Source: Schmidtea nova
Taxonomy: Eukaryota
NCBI GenBank assembly: GCA_044892505.1
Contig: CM097883.1
Location: 23,188,001 to 23,252,000, forward strand
Length of the DNA: 64,000 bases
Direction of reading: 5' to 3'
Shown here: positions 1-13,190 of the stretch, piece by piece
How positions within the stretch are numbered: the first letter of the stretch is position 1
How the letters are laid out: each line of letters starts with the position of its first letter
The notes under the pieces: model-generated
Seen by the model: only the letters and a program-made list of their open reading frames with translations
Databases searched by the model: none
What the model was told of the DNA's origin: nothing
Made by a program: the position numbers and the translations under genes

Positions 1-1385
1 CTGAATAATGCAGAGCAATCTCGCATCTGGCTGACAACATTTAATGCACTCATTCGAATACATGACTGGGTCTTAACAGGAAAAAAACTCAATCACAGAC
101 AATTTTATCGCAACCTGAAGATACGAAGTTATACAGAAGATTCAGGCTATGATAACTCCCCGCAATATCGAAGACCTATCTTTTAATTAAATTGAATCAG
201 TCATCAAGAGCTATTTATTACCAAAATCAAGATTAATCATTGCTGAACAAGCACAATATCATTCTATGTGACAATTACCGAAAGAAAAGGTTGGGGATTT
301 TCTAATTCGATTGAGAAAAGCAGCAGATTTCTGTCAATTCGAAAACCTGAAAGAATCATTAGATCCGACCGAAGACAAGATTCAAATGGCATTTATATCC
401 GGTCTATTTGAGCCAACATCCAAGGAACGAGTACTAGAACGATTCTCAATAAGTAATGATCAATAAGAATGAAGAACAAAGTAAATTATACTAACAATTC
501 GAAAGTGAAATACAAGTATTGTGGAACTATAGATGAAATAAGAAAGTGTCTAGCATATGGTAAGTGCACTAAATGCAACAAGATGAATCACTTTGAAATT
601 GTATATCCAATCGGAAATATCATCAAAAAGAAGCAACATCCACAATAATGAGGAATTCGATGTGGGCAGTATTACGTTATCAGTTAATCTCGGCACATCA
701 TTTATGGATTGCATAATTAATCAAATAAAATGCCAAATGCAACTCGACACTGGCTTTGACGTAACAATCATATCATCGGAAATGTAGATAGCGGTAGGTA
801 AACCAAACCTAACGAAGACAAACAGTAATCTTGTCGCATATGATGGTCACGTGATGACTTGCTGTAGAAAACTTTTCACAAAGCATTAGACGGATGATCG
901 AACTCTTAAATTGGCAAATTTCGTGATCAAGGGCGATAAGAAATACGGCAGACTTCATTTTCAATACAAATTCAATACATACAGAGGTACGCGTTATATT
1001 TTTGGAACCGATTCAGGATGTCAAAGCAACAATGTAACTAAGTGATGGGGCCACTAATAAATTTTGCAAAGCTCGCCCGGTCCCGATCGCAATGGAAGAG
1101 AAGATCGGGAAGGAACTCGATCGCCTACAAGAAATGGGAAGAATCACTCCATGCAAGGATCCAGTGTCAAACTGTTATCCTATAGTGTGGACAAAGAAAA
1201 GAAATGGTGATTTGAGAATGTGTGTCGACTTCAAAGTGCACATCAATGAAAATATATAATCTAAAGCATATCCGATTCCCAACATTGAAGTTATTTTTGC
1301 CAAATTAAAAAATGCAAGGAAATTCGCGAAAAATGATCTTCAGTCCGCACATTGGCAAATCGAATTGGACGATGCAGCGAAGGCA
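1..1385 (+). mobile_element. Degenerate Ty3/Gypsy gag-pol fragment (Gag, zinc knuckle, aspartic protease, start of RT)
   Basis: Frameshifted translations give DFLIRLRKAADFCQF (Gag), CTKCNKMNH (CCHC-like), QLDTGFDVTII (protease DTG) and PIVWTKKRNGDLRMCVDFK...YPIPNIEVIFAKL...DLQSAHWQIELD (RT). Many stops. Confidence 0.85.
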
Positions 1386-2229
1386 GAATTTGATTGATGT
1401 TGGACCTTAGGTCTTCTTTTTAAAGTTATTTAAAATTTTGAAGTTCATTAATAATTTAAATTATATTAGAATTATAAATTTCAGCGTCACCCCCTTTTTG
1501 AATACCTATTTTATTACCAAAATTAATCTATATAAAATTTTATGTATAAAAAAGATTTCAGGCTTTTCACTTTTCAAAATTTAACTTGCAGCTTTATTAG
1601 TTGCGTTAAAATATAGTGAAATTTTTTCCTATAGTATAACTTATCGGTTAATTTATTTATTTTTATTTGGGAAATCCCAACCAAATTCGGTGCAAAATTT
1701 TTCCAACGAAATAATACTGGTCAAACCAATTGTAATTTCTCACCAAAGCTTGTAAAACAGTTGGTATAGCTCTTTCAAAAAATGGAATTTTATGTCGGTG
1801 GGAAAAAATTTTTAAATCGACATTTTCAAGATATACATTTGGAATCATATAAATGATTCTTATTCAAGATTTTTCGCTTTTTATGGATTTATGATTATGT
1901 TGGAAATAGGTAATTTTAATGGGCAAATTAAAATATAAAGGTTTTAATTTTTTGTTGTATTTTCTTTTTTTCGATTAGTAGTAAATCAAATTAGGGAAGT
2001 GGTAATACTGTGGAAAAATAATGGCATTTCCTGACAATTTCGCCGTTTCAATATATTATCAAAAAAAAACAATTTTCGAAAAAACTAAACTGTAGTTACA
2101 TGATAACCCAAAACACCAATTTCTCTTTAGATTTAATGAACATACCATAATGTAAATTCAATAAGTTGCCATGAAGTATATAAAAATAGCATTGGTATTT
2201 GGGCGTTACCGGAAATTTAAATATGTGCT

Positions 2230-2430
2230 GGCCGGCTGAATGACCTCGAGTGAACAGTGATCCATTTCGTGCCGAAGATGAGGCTCCGATCTCTCAATGT
2301 CACATTCGACAAAGGCGATTGAAGCCCAGTAAAGGTGCTCGAGCACGTCTAAAACGGAGGAAAGAAGCTCGCATGCTGGGACAAGTCCGAAAATTTAATC
2401 TCGAGACGATTGATCTAACAATATTGTGAA
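2230..2430 (+). pseudogene. Arg-rich C-terminal fragment of a retroelement accessory ORF
   Basis: Reads DPFRAEDEAPISQCHIRQRRLKPSKGARARLKRRKEARMLGQVRK, which aligns with the 18318-18566 minus ORF (PVRVEDE...KPNKGVRARRRRRQEARLLGQIRR). Confidence 0.55.
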
Positions 2431-4650
2431 CAATTTCCAATAAAATGTGATAAACTTTTGTTTGTGCTTATGTATGTACATATTCATCGTGTAAAATGTT
2501 CTATATCCTATGTATTGTCAATCATAATTCCTTTGTGTATAAATTTATTTTCTTTGTTATCAGTTATTATAATAAACGTATAATACTATTTTTTAATTAA
2601 GATAAACCGATCCCAGAACTCCGATAGCGACTTTCAGTATATTTAAAAGTAAATAGCGTGATAAATCATATTAAGAAACTCAAATGGGTATTAAACCTTC
2701 TATCGGTAGCCCGTGAACCCATTGTGATGTTCGGTCAATCATAGTTTCGATTTTTTGACGCTCACTGTTTGTGGACATCCATCCATTTGTTGCATTACCA
2801 ACATTACATTGTGACGGGCAACAAGATGGTTAAACTAATGTTTTGTATGTTGAGTTGCGATAGGTGCCACAACAACGTCAAAGTCATATTAGGATTACAA
2901 ATCTAAGAGTATCAAGTTGTGTTTACAGAGGATCCACTCTAGGAAGATTTCTCGGGAATAGACCACAACAACTATAATGGGAAGTCTCGGGAAAGTAACA
3001 TCGAGCATAATCGTACTTACGCTATCGACCCAACCCCATAAATAATGACATAGATAACACTAAAGCATAGTGAATATGTATTAATCAAACAAACACAATT
3101 AGTTCTACGACGGCATCACGAATTGTAGATAGTCTCATGCAGTTATATAAACGAATGAGATAAAATAACAACAAGAGATGTTCAGGAATCCACAACCGAT
3201 TTTCTTGGGCATAACCACATAGTATATCTGCGGTTTTTCTATCGTGTGAAAGATGACACATAATGAGTGCTAATTGAGGACTAGTGATTGAGTGCATGAT
3301 AAAGTTGAGCAGTTGATCGGGCCAATGATACATACGATTGATGGTGTGCGGTGAAAAAGAAATGCCATGTGATTTGTGCTGTTTGTAATCCATCTGCCAA
3401 CTTTATAATTAATTCACCCGATAACGCGTGCGCTTGCCAATTGCTGATTGTATGATGTAGAAGGCCTATTGTGACAGCGATCCCGAAAAATGGTACTTGT
3501 GAGTGGGTGCAATAGTCTAATAAACGGAAACTAATAGATTGATTAAATTACGAGGAAAATCTTCAAGCATTGTATAACCTGTCGTATAACATTGTATAAC
3601 ATATTCAAGTAGATCATATTATTAACAATTTTCCACCATAACTGTCCATTCTTTGAAATTATTTATTTTTAATAGAAACGTGACAAGGAAAGGTTTACCT
3701 ATCTATCGATCAAAGGAATAATATTTTTTTCATATTTTAAATTTATTTTATTTTGATAACAAATTAAATCCACACCTCAGAAATGGCCCCTGCGTCGAAA
3801 ATGTCTCATTCAATCTCCACGCCATTGCGGAAACGTCCTTCGATTTATTTTAGAAACGGCAAGATCAAACAACTTGGGACCTGGTCATTGAAACAGCTCC
3901 CATCAAGCTATCTTCAATAATATTCAGATTCGAAGATGGATAAACTCGTTTAAGGCTCGAACTCCTTTCAACTTGTGGGACAACCCTACGGAAGAAATCT
4001 GGTACGAATGATGCCCTCTCTGGCCGACAACAGATCCAACTGGGAATTCTAATAACTGGTTTATCGTCATTCGCGACTCCGAATTAACTCATCGTTGGGT
4101 GATTTCATTCTGTGCAATCAAGACCAAGGCATTCAGAAACGGGAGAGTACCGGGAGTTCACAAATCTTCTGTTTGAGTTTCGTGTGGAATGACGGAATTT
4201 CTCCGATTGGACACGCCACATAACAATCAAGGAGATTTTTTTGTACAATTCAAGGCTATGTTGGACGCCGAACTCAGCCCTCTACTATTCAAGTGGAATT
4301 CTCAATAAAGAGGCTAGAGAGTCGCAAGAATGGTCGTTCCAAGACCTCGAAGATCAATAAATACTGCTAAAGCCGATGAAGTTCAATACTTTAAACGACA
4401 GTTTTATTTTCAGTGTTGAGTAGCGGTGAATATAACTGATTAATTAATATTTGTTATTTTAATTACTTGCTTGTATGCCCAGTATGGAACGGTTGATATG
4501 TGTGAAGGGGGGGACATTTGTTGTTAATCCTGACAATTTATAATAACGAACTTATTGGAAGGTGTACGTGGAAGGCGAAATATCTGTAAAATGTCTGCTG
4601 GAATTTTCCGTATGAGTGAAATGATTGTGGACTAATAATAACTTAGTTGG

Positions 4651-4971
4651 TTGGTGACGACGATTGCATGGGGATGCATGAACCTGTATAGGATCATAAA
4701 TTTGCTAAACCGCTGTCTAAGATCAGTCTCAGACGATTTTATAGAGAGGTATCTGAAGGAACAGATACGCTCTAGCACTTTTGACCGGTGGGTGCCGAAA
4801 AGGGTCACGACGATAGAAACCCTAACCGAAGAAACGATGTTCATTGCACCAGCCCCGATGGACAAAGGAATACCATCACTAGTTCGGTGTCTGAAAAACC
4901 CAAAAAAAAGGAATATGCTGGGAGCGAAAAGACGGAGAGAGAGACGGGCATTCTATCCGAACGAAAATTAA
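4651..4971 (+). CDS. Small ORF with basic C-terminus (KRRRERR) inside the candidate LTR; function unknown
   Basis: 106-aa ORF from the ORF track; the Arg-rich tail resembles the other accessory ORFs in this window. Confidence 0.4.
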   Translation: MVTTIAWGCMNLYRIINLLNRCLRSVSDDFIERYLKEQIRSSTFDRWVPKRVTTIETLTEETMFIAPAPMDKGIPSLVRCLKNPKKRNMLGAKRRRERRAFYPNEN

Positions 4972-6997
4972 TAAACTTGATTAATACCAGTGTTTTTAGG
5001 CTAAATACGTGTATTTGTTTGCTATTTGAGTTGGTTTGTTAATGAATGTCGAGAATGTATGTGGAGCACGATGAATTTACAAATGTAATTAAATCATAAA
5101 ATAAGGGAACACAGTAACTACCGCTAAGACCTATCGGTCCGAACGAACCCGTAGAGGTAATAGGGGAATATTTTACCGCGAGGTAGCTCACCTACCCCAT
5201 TACCCTACACCGGCCAATAGATTACTAATGTGATAGGCAATTAGGGGCGAGTCACGGGTACTAGCGCGGGTTTATCATGTTCATGTTGGCGGGGTTGCCC
5301 TAATCAGTACATCCAGTAACCCCAAGTTGACGAACATCCGCCAGCGCACCAACAATATATCAATACATTTTTCATTCATAACATCGTGTTTGTCTTTACT
5401 TTATGTTTTAAATTATTATGAGTAGATTTTGTGCCTCGAGAGTCATGGACAGCCTCATGAGTCCCTGGTTTTTCGAAAGTTCGACCCTCAGTCTCGTGCT
5501 TCGTGTGTGGGACGAATGATGGAACTATCGAACGGCCATTTGCGGAAATGTATTGTAATTGTAGCGCGAGTGTCAGGATACAGTTAACGTCAGTAGTTCT
5601 AAAATATTGTATAAAAAACTTTCTAGTAAATCAGGGGGAAAACCGAGATGCCATAGTTAAATCTGAACAACTCAGTTTAATACCAACACTACCCTCATCA
5701 AATACTAATTTTACCTCATCAAACTAGATACCCACTAAGGATAGGAATATGACCAGCGAATATGACCAGAGTGAAGAGTCAAATTACCACGACTAATTTA
5801 TAAAGGAAAATGTTTAATCTAAAACCCACGAAATGTTCGATAAATTAAATTCTCCTAGATATTAGAACAAATCGGAAATGATCTCATAAGTAGATTTCGA
5901 CCACGCAGATTGAAAACCATTTCAACTCTACAATAGTACAGAGAAAGTAGAATTTCTCATCCCGATTGTAATTGCGAGAATGATAGAAAAATCCACTAAT
6001 TTAGAAATAGAATCAGTCAACGCATCGACACAACAACAAGTAGTGAGAGGGGAAATACACTCTAAATTCACTTAGCTGCAATGCCTTCTAGTGCTGACAT
6101 CACGCGTTCATGTGGGAAGGGAATCAATTAATTCCGAGATCACTAATGGGAAGAGAATTGCCGAGAGACAAGATTTAAATCCATCATCGAAATAAATTGC
6201 TGCGAACTAAAAATTCTGAATTTAGGACATGATTACTCGTCGCATTTAACTACTCAAATTTTCCATTGAACATTAATAACCTACTCAAATGCGAGAGTTG
6301 CTGAGTGTAATTTTAGGGTCAAGTAAATTGAAATCGACTAAATTTTTTTACTTGTACAAATCGAATTTATTACAGTTGAACTAAATTAGATAAAACTTAT
6401 TACGAAAATTGTGTAGTAGTGACTAAAGGAGAATTAGTCTACGGCAGTACATAAAATAATATCACGTGTAGAATAAAATTTTTAAAAATCCAAAACCCAA
6501 TTTTAATTAATAAATATTTTATATTTATAGATAGAAAAATGTTCAGTTATCCGCAAATCAATTTGGGAGGCAGAAAGAGAAAGGAGTCGACCCCAAACCA
6601 AGAATCAAACGAAAACCGCACTTTATGTGACAATTATTTAGTGGTGTCCATGCCACTAAACCGTATCCCCACTGATCTTGTGAAGGAGATTGATTGTTTT
6701 AAATCATCAGTTTTGTAAATTTTTTCTGGAGTTTAGTTGTGAAAAAAATGATATTTATAATAATAAAATTTTAGTTTATTTAATGTTTTTTTTAAATGCC
6801 ATTAACAGAACTTTTTATAAGTAAAAAAAATTGTCTAATTTTGCACATAATTCTTGAATCCAGTTAGTTATAGTTGTAGTTGGATTTTTACATTCATGAC
6901 TGTTGTCCGTAACCATCATCCATGTAACTTTCATTATCATAAAGACTTTCAAATGAAGCTAGAGGAATATTTGATAAATTTTTCTTTTTCGAAGTTG

Positions 6998-7589
6998 TCA
7001 CAAAATTATCCATTTTTCGAATTTCCTGGATAAGTGATTTTGAAATGGTTTGATTACTTTGTAATAGACATCGTTTTTCATGTCAAAGTTCTGAAAAGAT
7101 ATTCCAAATGGAAAATGTAAAAATATCTGGTTCACGTTCTTTGAATAATGAATTGCTCCCAGAAATTCACACGCATTCCGACATGCCCGCCGAACAAAAA
7201 CTCCACCACAAACACCAATAATCTTTTTTCGAACACAGGAGAGACAATCCTTTAGCCTATTCAGAGATTGTCCGGATGAGGTCATCTGGCACGGAAGCCA
7301 AAAGTGGCCAATAGACCTCGAAGAGCAACATCCAGCAGATAACCCAAAGTATCTTGTATAGTCTCCAAGCGAGATTCTGGGCCGTTAGATTTTCAATTAC
7401 ATAGGAACAATTCCCCAGGATGAATTTAGGCAAATGGACAGATCTTTTTAGTCTTATCCTTCCAGCGAATCCACCGACACCCCCTTCAGCCCCTCCAAAT
7501 CCAATTGATCGAATTGTGCCATTGAACTCAAAAATCATTATTTGTGTTTTCAATTTTGTTATACAAATATTAAATTTATGTCTCGTCAT
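6998..7589 (-). pseudogene. Broken ORF containing a degenerate MYND-like zinc-finger motif
   Basis: Two overlapping ORFs; motif CLSC-x8-CGGV-x5-CRNAC...H, with one expected Cys replaced by Val. Confidence 0.35.
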
Positions 7590-8849
7590 TTTCTAGTTGT
7601 ATTATTTTTTCTTGATTTTGTGTAGGAATAACCAAAAACTTAGTTTAATAATTAATAAAGTACTGAAATTTTCTCGACAAATGAGTAAATGAGAGAGATG
7701 AGATTTTACAAGTTCCTTGGTTTAGTACAAATTTAGTCAGGCAAATTACCAGGATCCGAAACTGAGTGTGAAGTTCGTACGAGACGAGCGATCACGGAGC
7801 ATAATCGTATAATTGTAAATTTTTAGAAAATCATGAATCGAACGAATCCTGAGGAATCCCGAGGAATCCAAAGAACAGGGAATTTCGAGAAGCGTAAATC
7901 AGAGCTCTTTACCAACAATAATAGAGGAATTTAAACGACCATTGTTCGATCTGGAGACTAGTTATTTTTCAGTAGCCGAAATGAAAACGGTGAAGGACAA
8001 ACTGTTGAGGGTAAATCGGGCCGTTGAAGATATGAAACTAGAATTGGAAGCCGTAAAAATCGAAATTAAGAATTGCTGGAAGATCATTACATAGTGTTTC
8101 GTGGCCGATAATATATGGGACCTACTCCGACCGATAACTTTAGCGGATTGGTACCTGACATCTAGCCCAACCGAAAGAAGTAACAACACGACGGACGATA
8201 CAGGTAAAACGACGAGAAAGCGATGCCGGGTCCATGCTCAGCGACGGCGAAGGAGGAAACAATGAAAGGAAAATGACCAGAGGTTCTGATGATCCGATTG
8301 AGACGACTTGTGAAACTAACTTAAACTGATTTCGTAACTTGTGATTGCTATAACAGTTGATTATTTATATGTTTTGAATGGTGTACAAATTGTTTTGTTT
8401 TGTTTTGTTAAATAGTATTTGAGTGTGGAAACGATAACGTTGTCCCGACAGATTAAGATTTTGATTAATTGTAATAAACCGGTACATCAAGAGAGAACAC
8501 CGAAATTGAAAGACCTGTGTAAAGGGTGAGAAAGGGAAAAGAGAACATGGACTTATATCGGTTTTAAGGAACCCGTGAGAATGATTGAATCTGGAGTAGT
8601 TTTGTAAAGAAGTTCACCTGTCGATTCACATTCGCCTGACATGTACACTACCAACATAAATAGATAGGGTATTTACCGGTACATGGACAGTAATCTTTTT
8701 ATGTGTGCGTTGTAACCCTAGAAAATCGAGATTCAAGCGAGCAGATATTAAAGTTTTATTGTAAAATTTCAGTAACAACAACATCAACAGATTCAATAAA
8801 AATAACTAATCGATGGAATTTATCCTAATATCATAATGCAGTTCTCCCA

Positions 8850-8995
8850 CTAGCAACTAGATTGAAATATTTATATCCACTGCCTATAACCCTCTTCTGA
8901 TTGTGCTTTCAATTGTACTATAGGCGACTCTGTCGGGAGTTTTACGGATGTTAATTTTATCATCCTTCAAATGACATTTGGTCCCTGAAAAAAAA
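8850..8995 (-). pseudogene. Possible PH-domain C-terminal exon fragment
   Basis: After a TTTTTTTCAG acceptor the frame reads TKCHLKDDKINIRKLPTESPIVQLKAQSEEGYRQWI*IFQ, similar to the PH-domain terminal helix pattern LxAxSEE...WI. Confidence 0.3.
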
Positions 8996-9539
8996 TTTTA
9001 CCATTTCAACCAAGTTTGGAGCAATGAATTTCATGCAATTCTCAAAGAAGCTGTTTTTTCAATAAACTATTTCATGTTTTGAGAATCCTATATATATCAC
9101 CATCAGAATCGAAATCGTCAGAATTTTCTAAAATTTTGATGAACATTTTCCCCAGAATTATCGAAAAGAATTTGCACATTGCCACCGGGCGAAACAAAAA
9201 ACCATATTACTTTTATAATCAACTGGTAGGAACCTCTAATTGAAGAAACCGATACAAAGCAAAAAATTTCTCCGCCTACAAGAAAATTTCTATCACGAAC
9301 AACTAAAATTCTAAAACCCTTTGCTCAATTCAACCCGAAGAAATTATTTCGAGAAACCTTCCGTAGTTTCGAAGATTACCAACAAAGCAAAATAGATTCA
9401 GACTAACTAATAATTAAATAGAAGAGGCCATCGCCAGAACAATTAAATCGTAAAACTGAACTTAAGTTTACACTGGATTATTCTACGGGTAACTTTTTGA
9501 AGGAGAATTTTAATATTTAAAATGAGATTTTATCAAAAC

Positions 9540-10600
9540 CTTCTATTGGTCCAGAGAAGAAGAGAAGAAAAAGAAGTATTGTTTGGCATGTATTCGAAAA
9601 AACTGATGATAATCAGGTACGTTGCACATTGTGCAATCATCTTTTGAAGAGAAATAGGCAAATTAATGGAATGATGTACAATATCACGGAGAAACATCCA
9701 GAATATTTAATAAAAGAAGAAAGTTGGTTTTCAGTTGCAAGTTCTAATATTTATGAGGTATTATATGCATATATTCTCGAAGATGACCTACCTTTATCGA
9801 CATAAGATTAAAAAAATGTAACACTTGTTTCCTGTTTAAATAAGGATTTTGTTATTTCATCAAGAGGAGAATTTATCACAAAGATTCTCCCTTCTCTATA
9901 CGATAATGTGAGAAAAAACAATTTATTTGAACTGGACAGTGTAGAATATGTATGCTTCACAACAGATACATGTACTTCAGCATCTAACGACTCCTATATG
10001 TCGATAACAGTACAGTTTCATAATAAAGAGTTTGTATTGAAAAATAATTTAATATCTCAATGCTGCTTATCTGAATCTCATACTTCTGAATATCTAAAAA
10101 TGAAATTTATTGAAGAAATTGAAAACTGGAATCTTAGGTCAAAATATTTTAGTGTTGTACATGATGGAGGTCCCAACATTAAAAAAGCAATGAATGAAAA
10201 TCTGGCGAATAATCTTATTTGCTTTGCTCACCTTTTACAGTTATGCATAAATAAAACTTTGAAGGATGATTTAATTAAAGAAATACTTAAAAAAATTATT
10301 ACAATCGTAGGACACTTCAAACATAGTTCAAATCTGTTGGAAAAGCATCATAAATTGTTATTTATCCCAAGCCACCATATTGTTCAAGATATAGTAACAA
10401 GGTGGAATTCAATTTTTTATATGATTGAAAGTTTCCTTGAACAGATGTATGGATTCAAAAGATTTTTTAATTTTATAAAATTAAACAAAAAATGGTGGAC
10501 TTGTTTTTACCAAAATGAAACAGTAACTTTTTTAAAAAATTGTAAAGAAATATACAAACCGCTCATTGGCCTCCGGCCAACTTTCTGCAACAAGTAACAC
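9540..10600 (+). mobile_element. hAT (Ac-like) transposase remnant with BED finger
   Basis: RSIVWHVFEKTDDNQVRCTLCNH (BED finger); FTTDTCTS, VVHDGGPNI, CFAHLLQLCI and DIVTRWNSIFYM (hAT core motifs). Frameshifted and truncated. Confidence 0.85.
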
Positions 10601-10904
10601 TAATTCTCATAAATATATATCTTTTGCAGTTATCTTAAAGCAATATATTACAGATATTGACAAAACACAGCAAAATAGACTCGAACATACAAAATACAAA
10701 AACTGCAAATAACAGCAAAACAGCGCAATGAACAACAAAACACAATAGCATTTTTTCTACTAATTCAGACAGTCATAATTACAATGACTCGGACATCTAA
10801 CAATCAATTTAGGAAAGAATTAAAGATCCTTTAGTCTTTCAATTGACTTTATCTTACGGAACATTCTTCTTGATCATGCTCTTATCGTCCATGATCATAA
10901 TGTC

Positions 10905-12480
10905 AGCATCATGTCATATGCTGATGACATTGTCCTTATCACCGAATCAAGAACAAAAATTAAGGAAATACTGACAGATATCATCGGATACATAGATATG
11001 GCCAAATTTAAATTCAGAACTAACAAATGCGTATACTTTCAATTTAAACGAAACCAAAAAGAAGATCCTATTATACTCTATAATGAAAGAATTCCAATTA
11101 GAGAAGAAAGAAACATCTGCAAATATCTCGGAGTGAATTTCGGACAAAAGGGGATACATAGTAAAAACAAATATTCATCCCACACAAAAAATTCAGACAT
11201 ACAAAACCTTTATTCATTCTCGACTTATCTTCCCGTTCCGGAACATTACAATCAATCACATGATCCTTGATAGCAATAGAAACAAGATTGTGCAAATAAG
11301 ACCGAAGCAACTTGGATAAGACCAAAAAATTAAAAGAATTGTCAAAAATACATTACAAGATATCCATCAAAATGTCAACAACAACTTTCTTCATGCTCAC
11401 TATAAACCACTTCCATTGACAAATACATACAAAGCATCGTCTATTTCCTACGGATCCTAAACTCTAAAGACACCACAATGAAAACCTTCATAATGACGGA
11501 AATTATTAATGCGGCTAGAAAAATATGTCCCACCCAAAAAATCAATCTCTCTCAAACTCGGATATTAAAAATGAAATTGATTGCACAAACCTTTTTTTAG
11601 CAAATATTGCTCTTCTGCTAAAAGACTGAATGAGAAATTCGGGATATCGGCACAACCGCAACATACAAATAACATATTTACACTATACACGACTGACAAA
11701 AATTACACATGCACCATTGACGCAATCACTCTGAGAAATAAATCGGCAATCCTGCATGACCTAACCAGCGAATGGTATACTGACCATTGGTACTCGATGA
11801 ACTGCCAGGGACATATTTCAAGAACGATTGGAAGAAACATGAAATCGGCCTGTCATATAAAAACCGATAACAATATGATTAATCCCAATTAACAATCCCG
11901 TAACAATATGATTAATCCCAACTTCAAAACGCATATGATGAAAGCCAAACTTGCCATCATGTGCAGACTATGCAAAAAAGCAGCTGAAACACAAGCACAT
12001 GTGTTCAACCACTGTAGCCAATCCCTTATTGCCAGACGCAACAAGCAAATAATGTAAATAATAAGGTCAGCGAATACCTCATCTCCAAAAGTTTTCAAGT
12101 GGATTTTGAAGTGTCGAAACCGCATTATCATTAAGTCCAAACGAAACAACAAGATCCATATATTAAACATCAAAGTTTCTTATGACCGCAATGAGTATTT
12201 TGAAGTGGCTAAATCCGACAGCTTCATAAAATATCGCGAAATTGTTCTTGAGTCTGGTAAAGTAAATACTACCTTATCGGCTCTAGTCGTTGGGACTCTC
12301 GGAACTTCGGATAAGGACAAAGATGCAATATTAGGAAAGATTGCATTTAATGGCAAAGAAATGAAAAATTTAGCCAAAACTTGTATTCAAACAGCAATAG
12401 CCTCAAGTTATGCTATATACATGGACCACATTACAAACTACAAACAATATTCAACAAATATTTATCTGCAACTCAGAATG
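10905..12480 (+). mobile_element. 5'-truncated non-LTR retrotransposon with RT and restriction-like endonuclease (R2/R4/NeSL-type)
   Basis: YADD (RT domain 5), KFRTNKC, CKYLGV, CRLCKKAAETQAHVFNHC (CCHC) and a degenerate PD-(D/E)xK region (RIIIKSKRNNKIHILNIKV). Multiple frameshifts. Confidence 0.85.
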
Positions 12481-12532
12481 AACTGGGTACACCTAAAACT
12501 GACTAACGCACTTGGTGATAAGGTATTTCAAT

Positions 12533-12596
12533 TTCGTCTCCCAACCATTTCACCAAAAACCCCAGAACCCAACATATTTGGTGAGCCCGACGTGAT
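12533..12596 (+). promoter_or_regulatory. LTR 3' end followed by a tRNA-Trp primer binding site
   Basis: ...CCCAGAACCCAACA is followed by TGGTGAGCCCGACGTGAT (12579-12596), one mismatch from the tRNA-Trp PBS TGGTGACCCCGACGTGAT. The same LTR-end sequence recurs near 17180-17212 and 54375-54413. Confidence 0.8.
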
Positions 12597-12805
12597 CAAA
12601 CGTTGGTGAAAAGATTATTGAATAAAAGTATTTGTGATATACCAAACGAGATAAAAATTGGTGAAGAATTATTGAATAAAAAGTGTTGAAAAAGAAGTGA
12701 AAATAATTGTGGTAAAGAGAAATTATTCAACGAAATTATGAAAAGGTAAATTATTGATTGCAGTAATAAATTTGAATTTAGATTTTGTGTAAATTGAGAA
12801 AATAA

Positions 12806-13190
12806 TTGAGTACAGTGAATCGGTATAATTTACGAAGCAAAAGTAAAAAGAAACCCACAATGAGCAGTGAAGATTTGCCTGTTTCAGTTGTTAAAGAAAA
12901 TAATGATTTTGCAAGTTGTCAAAGATTACCTGTGGAACAATATGGAGGAGATCCGGTTATTTTTGTAGATTTTATGAGCGATTACTATATGTATGCAACG
13001 GCGTACGGATGGTCTCAAGCGATTATGATTCAGAGATTACCATTATATCTCAAAGGAGCAGCTAGAGAGGTTTGGCAACAGATTGACAAGAAAGTAATCG
13101 GTAATGATTTGGCAAAGTTGAAAGACGCTTTACCTGAGAAACTAATTGGAGGGGGCATCAAAAGATTAATGTCGTCGACAGTGACGGAAT
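12806..13190 (+). pseudogene. Gypsy Gag N-terminal fragment
   Basis: Follows the PBS; YNLRS...PVEQYGGDP...YATAYGWSQAIMIQRLPLYLKGAAREVWQ is typical of retrotransposon Gag. Truncated. Confidence 0.75.

Larger units (their letters stand above)
4519..8780 (+). mobile_element. Candidate 4.26-kb LTR of a giant Gypsy-type element
   Basis: Polypurine tract GAAGGGGGGGA at 4504-4514 just upstream; 8-bp inverted termini TGTTGTTA (4519) and TAACAACA (8773-8780); U5-like TTTTATT near the 3' end. No second copy in the window to confirm. Confidence 0.55.

Noticed and set aside
3780-4380. Minus-strand Gypsy RNase H or integrase remnant
   Set aside because: Only short chance-like matches; the plus strand has the longer open frame and agrees with the PPT orientation.
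5454-5517. Hammerhead-like CTCATGA-GTCCC...GGGAC-GAAT
   Set aside because: Two essential core positions deviate (G5 and A15.1) and no stem I/III was found.
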